The notes beneath the pieces are model-generated. The model was not told where the DNA came from. It was given only the letters and a program-made list of their open reading frames with translations, and made no database searches. From Curvularia clavata (taxonomy: Eukaryota), in contig CP089278.1 of assembly GCA_023920165.1 (NCBI GenBank), positions 3,162,001 to 3,226,000 on the forward strand: a stretch of 64,000 bases of DNA, given 5' to 3'. The position numbers were made by a program, and so were the translations under genes. Below, piece by piece: positions 13,492 through 26,567 of this stretch. Each line of letters starts with the position of its first letter. Positions within the stretch are counted from its first letter, which is position 1.

Positions 13492-14295
13492 ATGACAACT
13501 CGTGGAGGCGCCTCCGGATTTATTGGCAGGGGGGGCATGGGCGCACGTGGTCGCATTCATCGCAGGAAAACACACATCCTTCCATTTACAGACCACACTG
13601 GGAAAGAAGCGCTGATAGTCTTTGAAGGCAGAGAAACATGTCCGCTTCCACCGCTCTACAGTTTCGCCATCTACTTCACACACAAGGAAGCGAATGCAGA
13701 AAACATCCAGCCAGATTCGCTTCTAGATGCTATCATACGAGGCACCCCGATGCAATCCTACCCCTGTACGTTCCGTTTGGAGATATATTTTCTGCCTGCT
13801 CCAAGTGAAGAAGGTGCATCCGACGAGGTCTGCATCACTCATTATCGCAATGAGAAGCGCGGGCGGGGAGACTACATGCGCCAAATTGAAGCAATCTACG
13901 CTTCGAGCAGCCGCGGCACTGATCGCGACACCGGTACCCAAGGCCTACCTGGCTTCGTGCCAAGCTATATCGACAGCCCGATGAGCGAATATTACCATGC
14001 AATTCTCTATAACTACCGGGGAGCTAATTGGCTCACGAATCAGCAACCAGTACGCCGCGTTTATTTCGACCCTATTCCGCAGGAGGAGTATGCCCCGATC
14101 GCGGAAGAGACTGGAGAACCTGAATTCCTTCCGCCTGTTTGTGTCACTCTATATGCGATGCAAGAGAGCGAAACAGAAGGTCCGTGCGCGTCGTTTGTGG
14201 GTTTCAACATGTATGAAAAGTCGAATGGCAAAACTAAGAACGAGACGAATGAGCCGTGGCAGGAGGCGGTTGAACGTGGCTGGTCAACATGGTAG
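13492..14295 (+). CDS. Hypothetical protein, 267 aa, Gly/Arg-rich N-terminus
   Basis: Single ATG-TAG ORF with protein-like composition; no family recognised. Confidence 0.6.
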   Translation: MTTRGGASGFIGRGGMGARGRIHRRKTHILPFTDHTGKEALIVFEGRETCPLPPLYSFAIYFTHKEANAENIQPDSLLDAIIRGTPMQSYPCTFRLEIYFLPAPSEEGASDEVCITHYRNEKRGRGDYMRQIEAIYASSSRGTDRDTGTQGLPGFVPSYIDSPMSEYYHAILYNYRGANWLTNQQPVRRVYFDPIPQEEYAPIAEETGEPEFLPPVCVTLYAMQESETEGPCASFVGFNMYEKSNGKTKNETNEPWQEAVERGWSTW

Positions 14296-15168
14296 AAGAT
14301 ATCTGATGCAGCGGCCTGGCCAACGCCTCGATCAAGTCGCCATCATGTCTTCACTGGATATGTCCAGTAGCGCCATCACGAGATGCCTAGTCAATGGGCA
14401 TGTTGAGCCGGATAATGGCAATTGCAGCTCCACATATTGAATGCAATCATGTATCCATTCTGTTGCATCCTGAACGCCAATGCGCTTACTGCTGCTATCT
14501 AACAGATAAAAAGTCTCCCTTCTTACTAGTACCGCTCGATTTTCCTTTGCCGACTCTCCAGACGTGGATGAAGCAGATAGGACCTTCAATCTTGAAACGG
14601 ATCTGATATACAGTGGAAGTAACACTATACCGATTGCAGAGCGAGCCGACAACGACCCTTTTGGCGCCGTCGTGACGAGTCTAGATACCCAGCAAGTATT
14701 CCACCGTAAACGAGATGACTGTCACCGGGAATATTCAATGCTTTCGATGCCGCAACTCAGGGGAACATAATGTGAGAATTTTATGTACCAACTACAGCAA
14801 ATCTTACAGTGGCGAGAAGACAGGATATATCTGGGATGTGAGATTGCTAGTATTACTATCGAGGTTCTGCTGCTGGCGTAGGGCTGCTAGCATACGAGAT
14901 GATGAACCGTGATACAGCAGCCAGTCTCGCACAGGAGGCGAGCAAAAAGGATAACGTTGTTGTTGGGCGACTGACATGGTTAATGGGTGCCAAGGAGATC
15001 AAGCTGCTCAAAGCGATTCTGGTGGGTGAGGCGGTAATGGAGGTGCACAGGCCGGTTGAGGATCATGAGATGGAGAGCCTAAGAACATGGCACGGGCATG
15101 AAGGCAGAACATGCTATGAGCGCATAGTCATGATATAAAAATGAAAGTTGCAATCGCGCTCGGTTTTA

Positions 15169-17062
15169 TCAGTAACCATCCCCACTACTCGCAGTCACAA
15201 TTCCAGCAGTCGCAACAGCAAACGCCCCAACTACGCCCCAAAACAGAATAATCAGCAACCGACTCCCCGTCGTAGTCCCAATACAAAACGCCCAGAATTG
15301 TCCAAACCAAATAGACCACAGCCAGATCCAAAACCACACACCCCCACGAATCTGAAATCCCGCCATCCAAAGCGTCGAGCAAAGCACCGTCATGCAAAAA
15401 ATTGCCACAAACCACCACTTGTCCCTTCTCCACCACTCCCTCAGTCCCCTGCGAATACTGTACATTCCCCTCTTCTCCTCCGAATTCGCATAATTGACCG
15501 TTCCACCCCTGATCTCTTTCCTGATCCGTTCGTCAAGCTGTTTCTCGCGAAGCAAAGAGACATCAAGGTCTGCGAGATCAAGCTCGGATTGCATGGCGGC
15601 GGCTAACTCGAGCACGGCACGGTGCGTGCCAGAGACTTCTTCTGAGAGGCGTGAGTGCAAGAGGAGGGTATAGTGCGTATACAGCCACATTATGTAGATC
15701 CCGATTGTCCATGCGAGGAGAAGAAGGATGCAGAGGAACAGCTGGAGAAAGGAGAAGCCCCATTTATAGGTCTATAGGCCTTCAGTTTTAGATCAAACGC
15801 AGGGGAAGGGGAGAAGATAGAAAAGGGGACCGCACTCACGCCCGTGTTTTGGCATTGTCCATTGTCTTCAATGTATGCGCGGTTGAAGAGCTCGCCATCT
15901 TTAATCCAAGCCATACCCTTCGCGCCGGATTTGTTGTAAGCCGGTATTCTGGTGTCTTCAAGGGTGTAAGCTGTGATATTGAGTGCGGGTGCATCCAGTG
16001 TGATGTTCATCCCGCCAAACGAGTTGTCGAAGGTGGATGGCTCGGTCAGTTTACCACCGACACCATACGCTTCGACATCTGTTGCTGATTAGCAGAGCCA
16101 TAGGGGCTGGAGGCTTGCTTTCTTACACTGTGAGATTTTGTAAGCCAAGTTATACCTCCAGACTGCTGTGTCGCCGATTATAGGATCTCTTCCTATTTGG
16201 AAAGTTACATCGTTGTTCTGCTGCAATGCGGTCGAAAGCATCCAGTATACGTACCTGTCCTATAACTCTCATCGAAGACCCACAAGTTGTCCGTCCTGTT
16301 AATCCTTGAGCCATCCTGGATAAAATAAAGCACTCGCTGAAAATCGTCAAATGGAACAAGATTATCGCTCCGGTCTGTCACTCTCGACGAAACATTAGAA
16401 TCATAGCCACTCATAGCGCTCATTAGCGTTGGAAATGCGAGGATAAAAAGCATAGTCGCAGTCATAAAAGCCATGGCAACTTTCGACCTGAGTCGACGCT
16501 CCGTGATGAAGCTCTTAATCGTGCGGCATGTTGAGAGAACGGAGGCGTCGTTTTCGATAAAGATGGTGCGGAAGACTTGATAAGCGACGGGCTCACTCGC
16601 CATGCAAATCGTCAAGTACCGCGCAAACTCACGCCAGGATATGTATGCTAGAATCACTTGGCCACCACGACCGAAGCCCTATTATTGTTGTCGTTAGCAT
16701 AACAATTCATGGTGGTTCATCTGCTGGGCCGATCAACGTACAATATCCCACACGATATCCACGACCTTGGCCTGCGCAAAACTTAAATTCCCGCCCCCAA
16801 GCGTGATTTGAAAGAAGCCCGTAGAAGACCACATGCTGAATGTGTCCGGGCGCAGTCTAAACGTGCCATCCGGTAGGCACGCAGAATTCGTCGTGATGAA
16901 CATGGACATCATGCCAACTATGATTGCGCTGACGATAAGACCAAATAACCAGAAGACACCTAAGGTCCAACCGAAGCCGCGCAACCAGCGCGTGGATTTG
17001 AGATCGTGCTTAAGATCATGCCAAGCGGTCCATATAGGTCCAAACTCAGATTGCGTGGGCAT
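15169..17062 (-). CDS. Multi-exon hypothetical integral membrane protein
   Basis: Consecutive hydrophobic exon ORFs (16733-17062, 16205-16657, 15690-16010, 15169-15690) joined by GT-AG introns; motifs FFQITLGGGNLSFAQAKVVDIVWD, FPTLMSAMSGY, TYKWGFSFLQLF. Confidence 0.8.
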
Positions 17063-17499
17063 GGCTTAGATTTTGAACTGGGTAGTGCTTACCCAACATA
17101 AATTCGGTTTGGACAAGAGATACATAATGGATCGTAAATTCGAGCGCGATGGCGGGTTCAATTATCAATCTTGATCTAGGTGGTGGAGAGAAGGCTGAGG
17201 CGAGCCAAGGCTGACATGCATTTTCGCCCCCAATGAGCCGTACCAATTAACTGTAATTATGCGACTCAACATAGAGCGCTTATTGGTTGATACTATGATT
17301 AGACGCCCAAGCCTATGCAGTAGCGGCAATGTGACTCGCACTCAGGCACAGTTTCTCCTTCCTTGACAACCGAACAAAAGCAACCTCTAGTCGGTTATCG
17401 ATGAAGCGACCGAGTAGAACGTTGAGGCTGAGCGGATGATACTTATGGCTTCAAAGGCTCTGACTATGTTGGTTTCAGTGAAAGAGTTGGTCCACGCAC

Positions 17500-17790
17500 T
17501 TCAAAATAATTGAGAAGAAGTCACCTTTTCACGCCACGAGAAAGCCTTTTTCGCCTGCGCGCGTTTAGTGAATTTGTTGGAGTAGTTCGTTGCAAGAGGC
17601 TTGAACATCCTCACATCTATCAGCTTTAGGTTGTAGTTACTATGGATGGGGAAGCACTGCCACAAGGATCTCTTCGTTATGGTGGAAGTAAGAAAAGGCT
17701 TCGTCATATGACTGCCGTAACTGTCGACTACTAGTAACCGCCACTTCCGCCAAGTGCTTTGTTTTATGGCTACATCGAAATTCTGTTGCA
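17500..17790 (-). mobile_element. Degenerate Fot1/pogo DDE transposase relic
   Basis: WRLLVVDSYGSHMT...FPIHSNYNLKLIDVRMFKPL resembles the RLLxxDGHxSH...PPHSSHLLQPLDVGxFxPL core of the intact transposases in this window. Confidence 0.75.
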
Positions 17791-17870
17791 ACTAGACAAT
17801 GGCCATATCGTTGTTTCTCTGGTTTAAGGGAGTTACTGCAAGATATATATGAGAATCAGCTAAGATCACA

Positions 17871-20800
17871 TCACATACTGCCGTTCTGCGCGGCAGGTGT
17901 GACCACATATGTAGGCGCATTGAATCTGAGCAAACCCTCCAAACCTTGACTATGTGGATCCAGATACACCCTCCATTGCGGTTGATGTGACGCACCCTCT
18001 TCCAATGCATCCAAACCTGAGATCCTAAAGATGACATAGACTTCTGACGGCGGCGTCGAGGTGACGCGCAGCCGTTTTGCCTACTTGAATTTAGCCCAAT
18101 CATACACACCAGCTATGTGATTCGATGTAGCATACCAGTTCGTACTGAGCTCCGCTCATATAGAAAGCAGTATTTGCGTCTCGGCTAGTTGTGCTCTTAA
18201 CCTCAATGCGATATAGTGGCACATTACCATCATTACAATATGTAGCGAGCCACTCGGGTACTTCATGGTGGTGGTGCATCTGTAGGAATTGACGGGTAAG
18301 CGCACCCTCTGAGTCCGAATAGGTAAAGTCTGATATTTCGCGGCCAAAAGCCGAGAAACCTGCACGAGTGCGCAAAGAGCTAGTCCAATTATGCTCTCCT
18401 GTGAATCCAGGAAGCCTGAATATGTCGTGTAGTAAGGTGTACACCTAGACAGAAATCAACTTCAGTACGAGCCTGATTCGACGGCTCAGGACGGTAGTTA
18501 GACTTACAAATTGTTCGCCTAGGAATCCGACCTCAAAGTCACGGGCTCTTTGCTCCTCGTTACGCTGCGGGATTGGTCCGGCTCGCGGAGCACGATTATG
18601 TTTGGCCTGAGCTAGAGTCGGTATGGGAAGCGGCTCTACAGCGTCGAGTGCTTCGCTCAAAGAATTGAGGTCAAAAATTCCATCGTCCCTCACAGATTGT
18701 CCGGCAGAATCCATAGATCGGGACCCAGTTGAAGAACCTACACCTCGAGCTAGCCTTTGAATTCGCTCCACATTCCGACTTCGGTTGTCTGCACTGTAAA
18801 TTCCAGCGGCTGCAGGACGGCTTGTGATTTGTTCTTCGAGGAGGCTGCTCTCTGAGAGCGCATCCAGATGATCATGTGACTGCGCCTCAGACGGCTCAGG
18901 AGAAGAGCTCAGACTATAGCGCACATTTGGTCGCAGACTTGTGTGTGCAGTCCGAGCCATTGCTGAGCTACGAACGTAATGCTCAACAGTTGACTCTACA
19001 CCATAGTTATGATCTTCAGTCGTCCGTGTTTCTGTCGATCCATCTTGGTCGCTTTCATCGGATGATTCAAGTTCTCCTCCTGAATCGTCATCGGCGGAAG
19101 TTGCGACCGAATCATCTGCGTAATCGCTGGTACTATCCTCGCCACTGAAGCCTCTTCTGACCATCAAAGCTTTTAGCGAGGCAGATGGCACTCGCAAGAG
19201 ATCGCAAAGATCAGAAAGATGATCTAATCTGAGTTCCAGCGCACTTACAAGTTGTTCTGGAAAATCTATGATTAGTGCGCAATCCCGTTTGTGTATGTCC
19301 GTTGAGACATGAATTTTCAGCTTCATGACTTGCTCTTCCTCTTCACAAACCTCCACGTGAGAACCTCCCTCGCTCTTCGTAAAGATTTTAAAACCCAACT
19401 CATAGTGCGTTTCGATGTCTCCACTCTCCCAGACTTCAGCGTTCTCGAGTAGTGACCGAAGCTCGTAAGGTGACGTGCACTCAAGGTGCTCAAAATATCT
19501 AAAAGGGTAAGCATGAGAACAGTAGCGTTGCAAGGACGAACAGTGATACTTACAGTACAAGTGAGTCTGCACGGCTACAAATATCATCTGTAAGATCGCG
19601 ATTGAATATGGACTGTCCACTGCATGCTGTCTCTATCGCAACGTTCTCAGATAAAAACGATTCGCAGCCTTGACCACGAAGCAGAACTGCAAGTGACTTC
19701 GTATCCTCAAAATTGAAATCAAGGAATGTATGATGGTCTGCGAAGATATTGAAAAGATTTTGTCGGTCGTTGACATAGAAATCGCCGATGGAGCAGAGCA
19801 CAGGCTCTTGTTTTGGGTTGCGACATGGCCAGCAACATTCGTCATACAGTCTTTCCAGGTCTGCATTATCCTGCGGTAGATTGGCGATTCCTTTCAGAAG
19901 CGTCTTGATGTACTGATAATCATCCTCACAGCCTTCGAAGCTCTCGGTCAATTGCAACAATTCGGTGACTAGCATACCTATAGTTGTATTGGGGACTTTT
20001 AATGTGTCGCGGAAAAGACCACGAAATCCATCTAACGAAGGCTTGAGGGTATGCTTATTGCGTAGAGTCGATCCAGTCCAGACGCAATCTTTTAATGATA
20101 GCCATCGACCGTTTTCGTTGTTAAAACCACGAAGATATATAAGCGGGCGCTTTCTGAAGGCCCCTCTGTTGGAGATTTAGCAAGCGGACACGCCGACAGT
20201 TTGGAAACTTACTCGATGATTTCTTCGTGGGAGCGGCAATAGTATTGTATTCTCTCGTACAACTGATACACCCGCTTGGAATCGTCACGATTCTCCGTCT
20301 GCATGAACACTAGGTCAGTAAGGAGCTCGTTGATGCCAGCATTCGGTAACATGAGAATACGGGTGAAAAAGTCTTCTGCGTCTGGGATATTCTCCCTTAC
20401 GATAGAACGCAAGGCAGTTTTACTCTCTAGTTGGAGCTCGTTCTCGGAGAACTCTCTGTCACCCCAAACGCATTCTGCTGGCATCTTCCATTCGAGGTTG
20501 GACTCTCGCATAGACGGTACGGCAATACAGGCGTCTCTGTCATCAAAGTCGCATCTTTTTACATCAGCTAGGCTTTATATATCACGGAATATTTTACTCA
20601 CGTGTATGGATGGTAAGTCTGAAGAAATACATAAACTTCCATGACTTGTGCCAGGGTGGTGGATAAATCACCCTTAAGTTTTTCGAGATATTCCTGAGCT
20701 TCAACACTTGTAACATTTGGAACTCCCAAGATGTCGACAAAGAATCGGTTCAATTCATTCCCGTAGATTGGAAACAAGGCAGGTTTAGATGAGAAGCCTT

Positions 20801-23697
20801 TGGGCGCGATCCAAACACAGCTCGTCAAATACTGACTTTTGCCATCGAGAAGAGCGACAGTGGAGTCGGCAAACGTTTCTCTGTAAATCATGGTCAGAAC
20901 AATTATCTGAATTCATCTTGTTCGAGGGGCTGCCGCAATAGCAGCATTAGAGGTACCGTGGTCACTTACTTCACCCTTTCTACCTCATCGGGCGAAAAAC
21001 AACAGGATTGGATGGCAAGGAAGAGATCTTTCGACTTCACAACATCTGCGTGCTTTTGGAACCCTGACTGACAGAGTACCCATAGATAGTAGTCCAGCCC
21101 CTCTTTCAAGTTGATACCAAACTTCGATAGAAATATCCAGTCTTCTGGTTCGCCGTTCGGAAGGCTCAGGAAATCACACTGATCGGCTTTCGCGAACTTC
21201 TCAGTCTTCTCTACAAGTTCGCATAAAGGTACGAGGGTCTTATGAAGGACAGTTGTAGATCCCGAAATGCAAAGGAATCGATGGTTTCCTATCGTGTCTC
21301 TCGCTGCTGGTGTGATGATTTGTTTGTAATGATTCCAGTATTGACGTAAAGTTACCAAGATCCGGTCCCTTCTGTTGGCTAACAGCCACTCGAAGTTTGG
21401 ATGTACACCCCCGGATGACGAAATGAAACGAGGGGCTAGCGCTACGCCAGCTGTTTCTCGGAACCATTCTGCAACGGTAGCTTTTTGTTTGTCTTTCAGG
21501 TCGAGAAAGTAGCGGTCATCCAGAAAGCGTACTTCGTCGCAACCAGTGAAAAGTTCCTTCAATTCACCACCAGGAGAGATATCGGCATATGTTGAGGCAC
21601 CCTTCAATACAGACACTATGGGAACGGAAGAAGCAAAATATATTTTCCGCATGTCGCGAGGTCGAAGATGATCTCTGAACTTGCAGAGGTACTGAACCTG
21701 GGCGATGACATCATCGATAGTCGTAGAGCTGAGTTTGGCGTGGTAGTCGAGAATCCGTTCGATGACACTGAGGACGTTACAGTCCTTCACTCCAAGATAC
21801 TGAAAAAGCTTTCTCCTCTCTGGACAATTGGATGCTCGTTCTTCTACCAGAGTTAGAGGCAGGCCAGGCGGAATACTTGTCCCCTCGCTTGCTGGAAAAT
21901 AGATTGGGTCATCTTCAGAAGGCGCACACCGCCAAGTGCCGTCGCTCAGGGGAATTAGTGGAATCTTTCCTAGATCTTCCGTGTATGCTGTACTACCTCT
22001 GCGATGCCGTGACTCCAATATGATTCTGGCAAGGTCGGAGCACCATTGTGCGCTTTGCATTTTGCCTTCAAGCAATTCCTCACTGTGAAGCTTCCGCAGC
22101 TTTTTACACAGCCATTTCCATGTTGGTGCAGTGACACCCATTAACGACAATGCCTCACGAACCTCACTGGGGTAGTTTGAGGAGATGTAATCACGTTCCG
22201 ACCCGAACATTGGCTTAGATTCATGATCGTGCGCCCAGTCCATAAACATGAGGTTTGTCGGCCGCCTGACACGGCCAGTCTGATCTTTGACTACAAGCGC
22301 ATTGCTGAGGTGCTGATACATGCTCTTCGTTATGTTGCGCCAATATGAGCTTAATCCAAAGACGTATGTTTCGAGGTAGAGTGGCCACATTTTTGCTAGC
22401 TCGTCGAAGCTTGAATCATCTTGATTGAAGTTGTCGATAGCTGCCTCCATGGCAAAAGGAATCGCATCTGCAATATTCTTATTCCAATCGCTGTCTTCAT
22501 CAACCGATTGTCGATTGGATGTGGTGAGAAAATCCGATTGAAGAATGAACTGCGCGTAGCTTTAGCACAGTCTTATAGCTGTTATGGCGCAACACACCTT
22601 GAAGCCACAGTCCATCAAAGGTAGCCATGCAAAAGTATGGTTGTCCTTCTTTATCATAGGATGATACCTGTCCTGTCTTTTTTGAACTGGAAAGGCGAGC
22701 ACAACGTCGACTTCTGTCACCCCTGGTCGCCGAGACTCTGTACCTCTGAAGTTTGCGGTAAACTTTTGTTTGTAGAAACGACGCTGTGTGTTGGTATTTT
22801 CATCTTTCAGTGAAACAAAGCCAGATTTGGTGGTCCAGTCAACGCGTCGAAAGCACTTATTGATAGCCGGCTCGTCATCATTGGATGACTTAAAGAGTAT
22901 CAGATGTAATCGTTCTATACGGCGCAGGAAAAGGATAAGAACAGGGTCAATTGCATCCAGTTCTGCTTTTAGCGAAGTCGAAAAATTCTTTGAGCCGTTG
23001 CAGATATGGTCTAAGACGATTGTTGTCTGGTGTTCTTCCTCGTGGCTACTAAAGAAGTCCTCGTCCCACGTCGGCGTAATCATGCCAAGATCTCTCCTTT
23101 GATCCAGCTCAAAGTAGTAGGGATGAGAGCGTATGTGTGCTCGATTGGCTATTTTGAAGACAGACTTGAATCCGATGCCTTTTTCCCCTGTGTACCCTTG
23201 GCCAGGCGGTTTAGAACTTCGACCCGTTCGGCACAGCGCCTGAACATTATCGTTCGAGAAACCTACTTCATTACACTCAATCTTGATATGCTCAGGAAAG
23301 ATCTTGATGGATACTGTTGGTGTCTTGTTCCCATCATACTTATTATCGTCGGCATTTTGGATAACTTCCATCAGAAATCGTGCGTCGCTTGTGTACAAGT
23401 CCTTTGAGATGCTACAAAATCAACATCTTGGTGCATGAAAGGAAGCTTACAGAACCTGCAGCGAAAGTCTTACATCTTCAACAGTTTAGAGAAGTCTTCT
23501 CGAATCTCCTCACCGCATACCATCGCTTGTAGCATACCCGTGCGGCCATGCTCTGCCTCCCTCTTTGCTTCTTGTCTGAAGGCATCTGTGAATGCTCCTT
23601 TGCGCTGCGCTATTTCTTCAATGACTTTTCGTGCATCATCTGTGGTTGTGACAAGATCTGAAGTGCACCTCATATCGCCAAAAGGTTTAGACGTCAT
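17871..23697 (-). CDS. Large sacsin/NO VEIN-like protein: N-terminal GHKL (HATPase) ATPase, internal repeats, C-terminal PD-(D/E)xK-like (DUF3883-type) nuclease domain; 8 introns
   Basis: LYTSDARFLMEVIQNADDN...CNEVGFS...ALCRTGRSSK...TGEKGIGFKSVF (GHKL motifs); FILQSDFLTTSNRQ; C-terminus VGFLGEQFVY...NWTSSLR...SDFTYSD...YRIEVKST...FYMSGAQYE...YVIFRI. Frame is kept across all GT-AG junctions; TGA at 17871-17873. Confidence 0.88.
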
Positions 23698-24830
23698 GGC
23701 TGTGCCGAAAGAATTTGGTAATGTAGGAATTGAACTTAGTGATTCCACTCTAAAGCAGACAAACTACGGAAAAGCCGTGTTCGAGCGTATGAAGCCTTAA
23801 GTAGCAACCATGAGCGCCCCTATTGCGGCACAGCAGTGCAGCAGCTGCAAGGCTGAAACCTACCAAGAGCATAACTACAGCGGTTGATCAAGGATGACAT
23901 CAACTCTTCCTATTGGATCTCTCTAGCCATCACTTCTGCAGCTTCTACATTGGTTTTGCTTGCGGTCAATATATATATGATGGTCCAAGCGAAGAATAGA
24001 ATGAGAGTAACTGATAGTATGGTCGCAAGCCAGCTCGCGCAAGTGGTAGAGAGTATATTGTCACATGCCGCGCGCTGGACGCAGCCCAACCGTATGAGGT
24101 TTCAGGTATTACTGCTTTGAATTAGCTCTGATCCTTCCACTGTTTAGAACTAAACCAAAGCAGCGCATCTTGCAGTCGTTTGCAATATCCGAGCGCCACA
24201 AGATGTAAACACTATCTTCATCACATAAGTGCAGGCAACTTAAACAAACGACGTTACGAGAACATGTCTTCAACTTTATCAGACAACAGCAAGATAGCGT
24301 AGCAGCTTCCGAAGACGAAGCAAATTTAGGGGATACTTGATACAATTCGCGCTGATCATCTATAATCCAACAGCCGGCTAAAATCAGTTTGGCATAGGAC
24401 ACCCAATCAGAGGAGCACCTTAACCGCCACAACAAGCCGCGTTGATCTTTGTGACTGCAATTTCGATAAGCTGGTTTACTCGGAACGGGATTCCGCAATC
24501 CAAGAGGCACAAACACATTGCCAAATTTTCGTGGTGTGTTGACATGAGAAAATAGGTCCCCCCATACTTTACAAGCTCTACTACACTAATCGACCCAATT
24601 GTCTTACCTAAGAAGAGCCAAATCTAGGTCAGCAAGGAGCTCGTTGTTGCCAGCAATCAGTAATATGAAAATGCGGCTTGTTGCAGCAGTAGACATTGTT
24701 TGCTATTTAATTCTGAGAATTTGGTGCGGTGAACTCCTTAATGGTGAAGTGTATAATTCGTGCGAGAAGGGATCGGCGCTGCCACAAGCGCGGACGTATT
24801 TGGAGCACCGGAAGTTGTGCGTTGGTTCTA

Positions 24831-26557
24831 CTCGCCCCACAGAGCCTAGTTCTGCCGAACTAGGCCCTACCCAGCTCAACGTCAACCACCAGCTCAACGT
24901 CAATTTTGCTAACCTATGCGATTTATATCGTAAATTAGCCGCGAAAACATGCGAAATATTATATATTTGCTATAGCTACTGAGTGTGAGGTGTCTCCTAG
25001 TATATAAAATGTATTACTTGTGCCTGTTAACTTGGTGTTAAGGCCTCTGCAGAGGCAGGTGTTGGCTGCTGGGTGGCATCTTGGAGGCGCCATCTTGTCT
25101 CTCTTATAGCCTTACGTATAGCCTTTTGCTTAGCGATCTTAGCTTTTTGAGATATAGCCTCCCGCGCACCTCTAGCTGTAACTACACCTCCTTTCTAAAT
25201 CGTTAATCGCGAGTTATCCTAGCGCTAAGCCCTCTCGCGGGCAGCAGCTGTAGTCTTGGCAAGCTCACAAATCGCAAGATTATAGTTTAAATCTAGTATA
25301 ACTAACGCTCTAGCAAGTCGCGCAGCCCAATTACTTAGTATATTCTTAGTATAATTATAGAGCTCTTACGTTTTACAAGCGTACGCAACAAAGGAGCGAG
25401 GAGTTGTAGGCGTAGACGTCTCAGAGGCTTGAAAGAGATAGCTTATCTCTTCGGGCGTTAATACTCTCTATAGGCGCGCGAGCTTATACAATACTCTCTT
25501 AGGATCCTATAGCCAGACGCCTACTAATTCAAAGGCTTTTTAAATAGTACTAGATTTAAATATGTGTCTTCTAACGCTATTAATTGCGTGTAGAAACTCG
25601 AGCTTGTTGAAATTGGTATAGCCCTCGCGAGCAGCTCTCTCAACGACGCCTCTGTAGTGCTTCTTATATACTTAAAAAACACTAACATTAAGAGGCTGCA
25701 GGTTGTGAGAGGTATGGGAGGGGAGCGAGAAAAGTACTATGTTATTGTCGTCATAAAAATCGATCAGCTCTTTTGTGCTATGGGATCTAAATCCATTAAA
25801 AATTAATAGCCTCTAGGTGCCTGTTTGATGGCGACGACTATAGGCGTCAAAGTATCGAATCCACTTGAGAGAGAGCTCGTTGTTATTATACGCTGTCTCT
25901 GAGACAGCTACTATGTAGTTGTTAGGCAAGTTTGTATTAGTGTACCATTTTGAGAGGTATGCTTTGCCCTTAAGAATAATGAATGGTGCCAGAACTGAGC
26001 CGTTAGCAGCAACAGTCTCAACGACTATAACAGACTCGCGATTTGTATTAGACGGTGACTGTATAGCGTCATCATCGCCAGCCATTATGAGATCCAGTTT
26101 TTACCTATAGGTGGTGCCTTACCATCTAGATGCTCAAGATCAAGAATCCGCTGCGCGGCAGAAATCAGCTACAGTATAAGAGGAGGCATATATAACGCGT
26201 TGCAGCGAGTAATATAAGCCTTTAGAGTATTCTTCTATTATTAATTAAATCTTCGATTTAGTATAGCGCGCTCTATTTTTAATATATAGCCTGAGACGCG
26301 CTTTTAGAGCCTGCTATAGGGTATATAATTATAGTCTACTGCTGCGCGCATATTTGCGTAGATACTACTATCTAACTCGGTAATAGCAATTTCAATACGC
26401 TCTTCAATCTGCGCGTAAGTCCCAAAGCGCTGCGACATGTTGTTGTAGAGAAAAATCGAGTCGAAGTGGTAGGGGGTAGCAAAATTGACGTTGAGCTGGT
26501 GGTTGACGTTAAGCTGGGTAGGGCCTAGTTCGGCAGAACTAGGCTCCGTGGGGCGAG
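24831..26557 (-). mobile_element. RIP-inactivated Fot1/pogo-type DNA transposon with both TIRs and TA target duplication
   Basis: About 80-bp TIRs (CTCGCCCCAC...CCTAGTTCTGCCGAACTAGG...2x CCAGCTCAACGTCAA) flanked by TA at 24829-24830 and 26558-26559. Stop-riddled transposase fragments MSQRFGTYAQIEERIEIAI, NRESVIVVETVAANGSVLAPFIILKGK, LPSHTSHNLQPL. Confidence 0.92.
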
Positions 26558-26567
26558 TAGTCTACTA

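Noticed and set aside
23880..24600. Short ORFs between the GHKL-nuclease gene and the pogo relic as a possible partner (antitoxin) gene
   Set aside because: No coherent ATG-initiated or spliced model and no recognisable motif.
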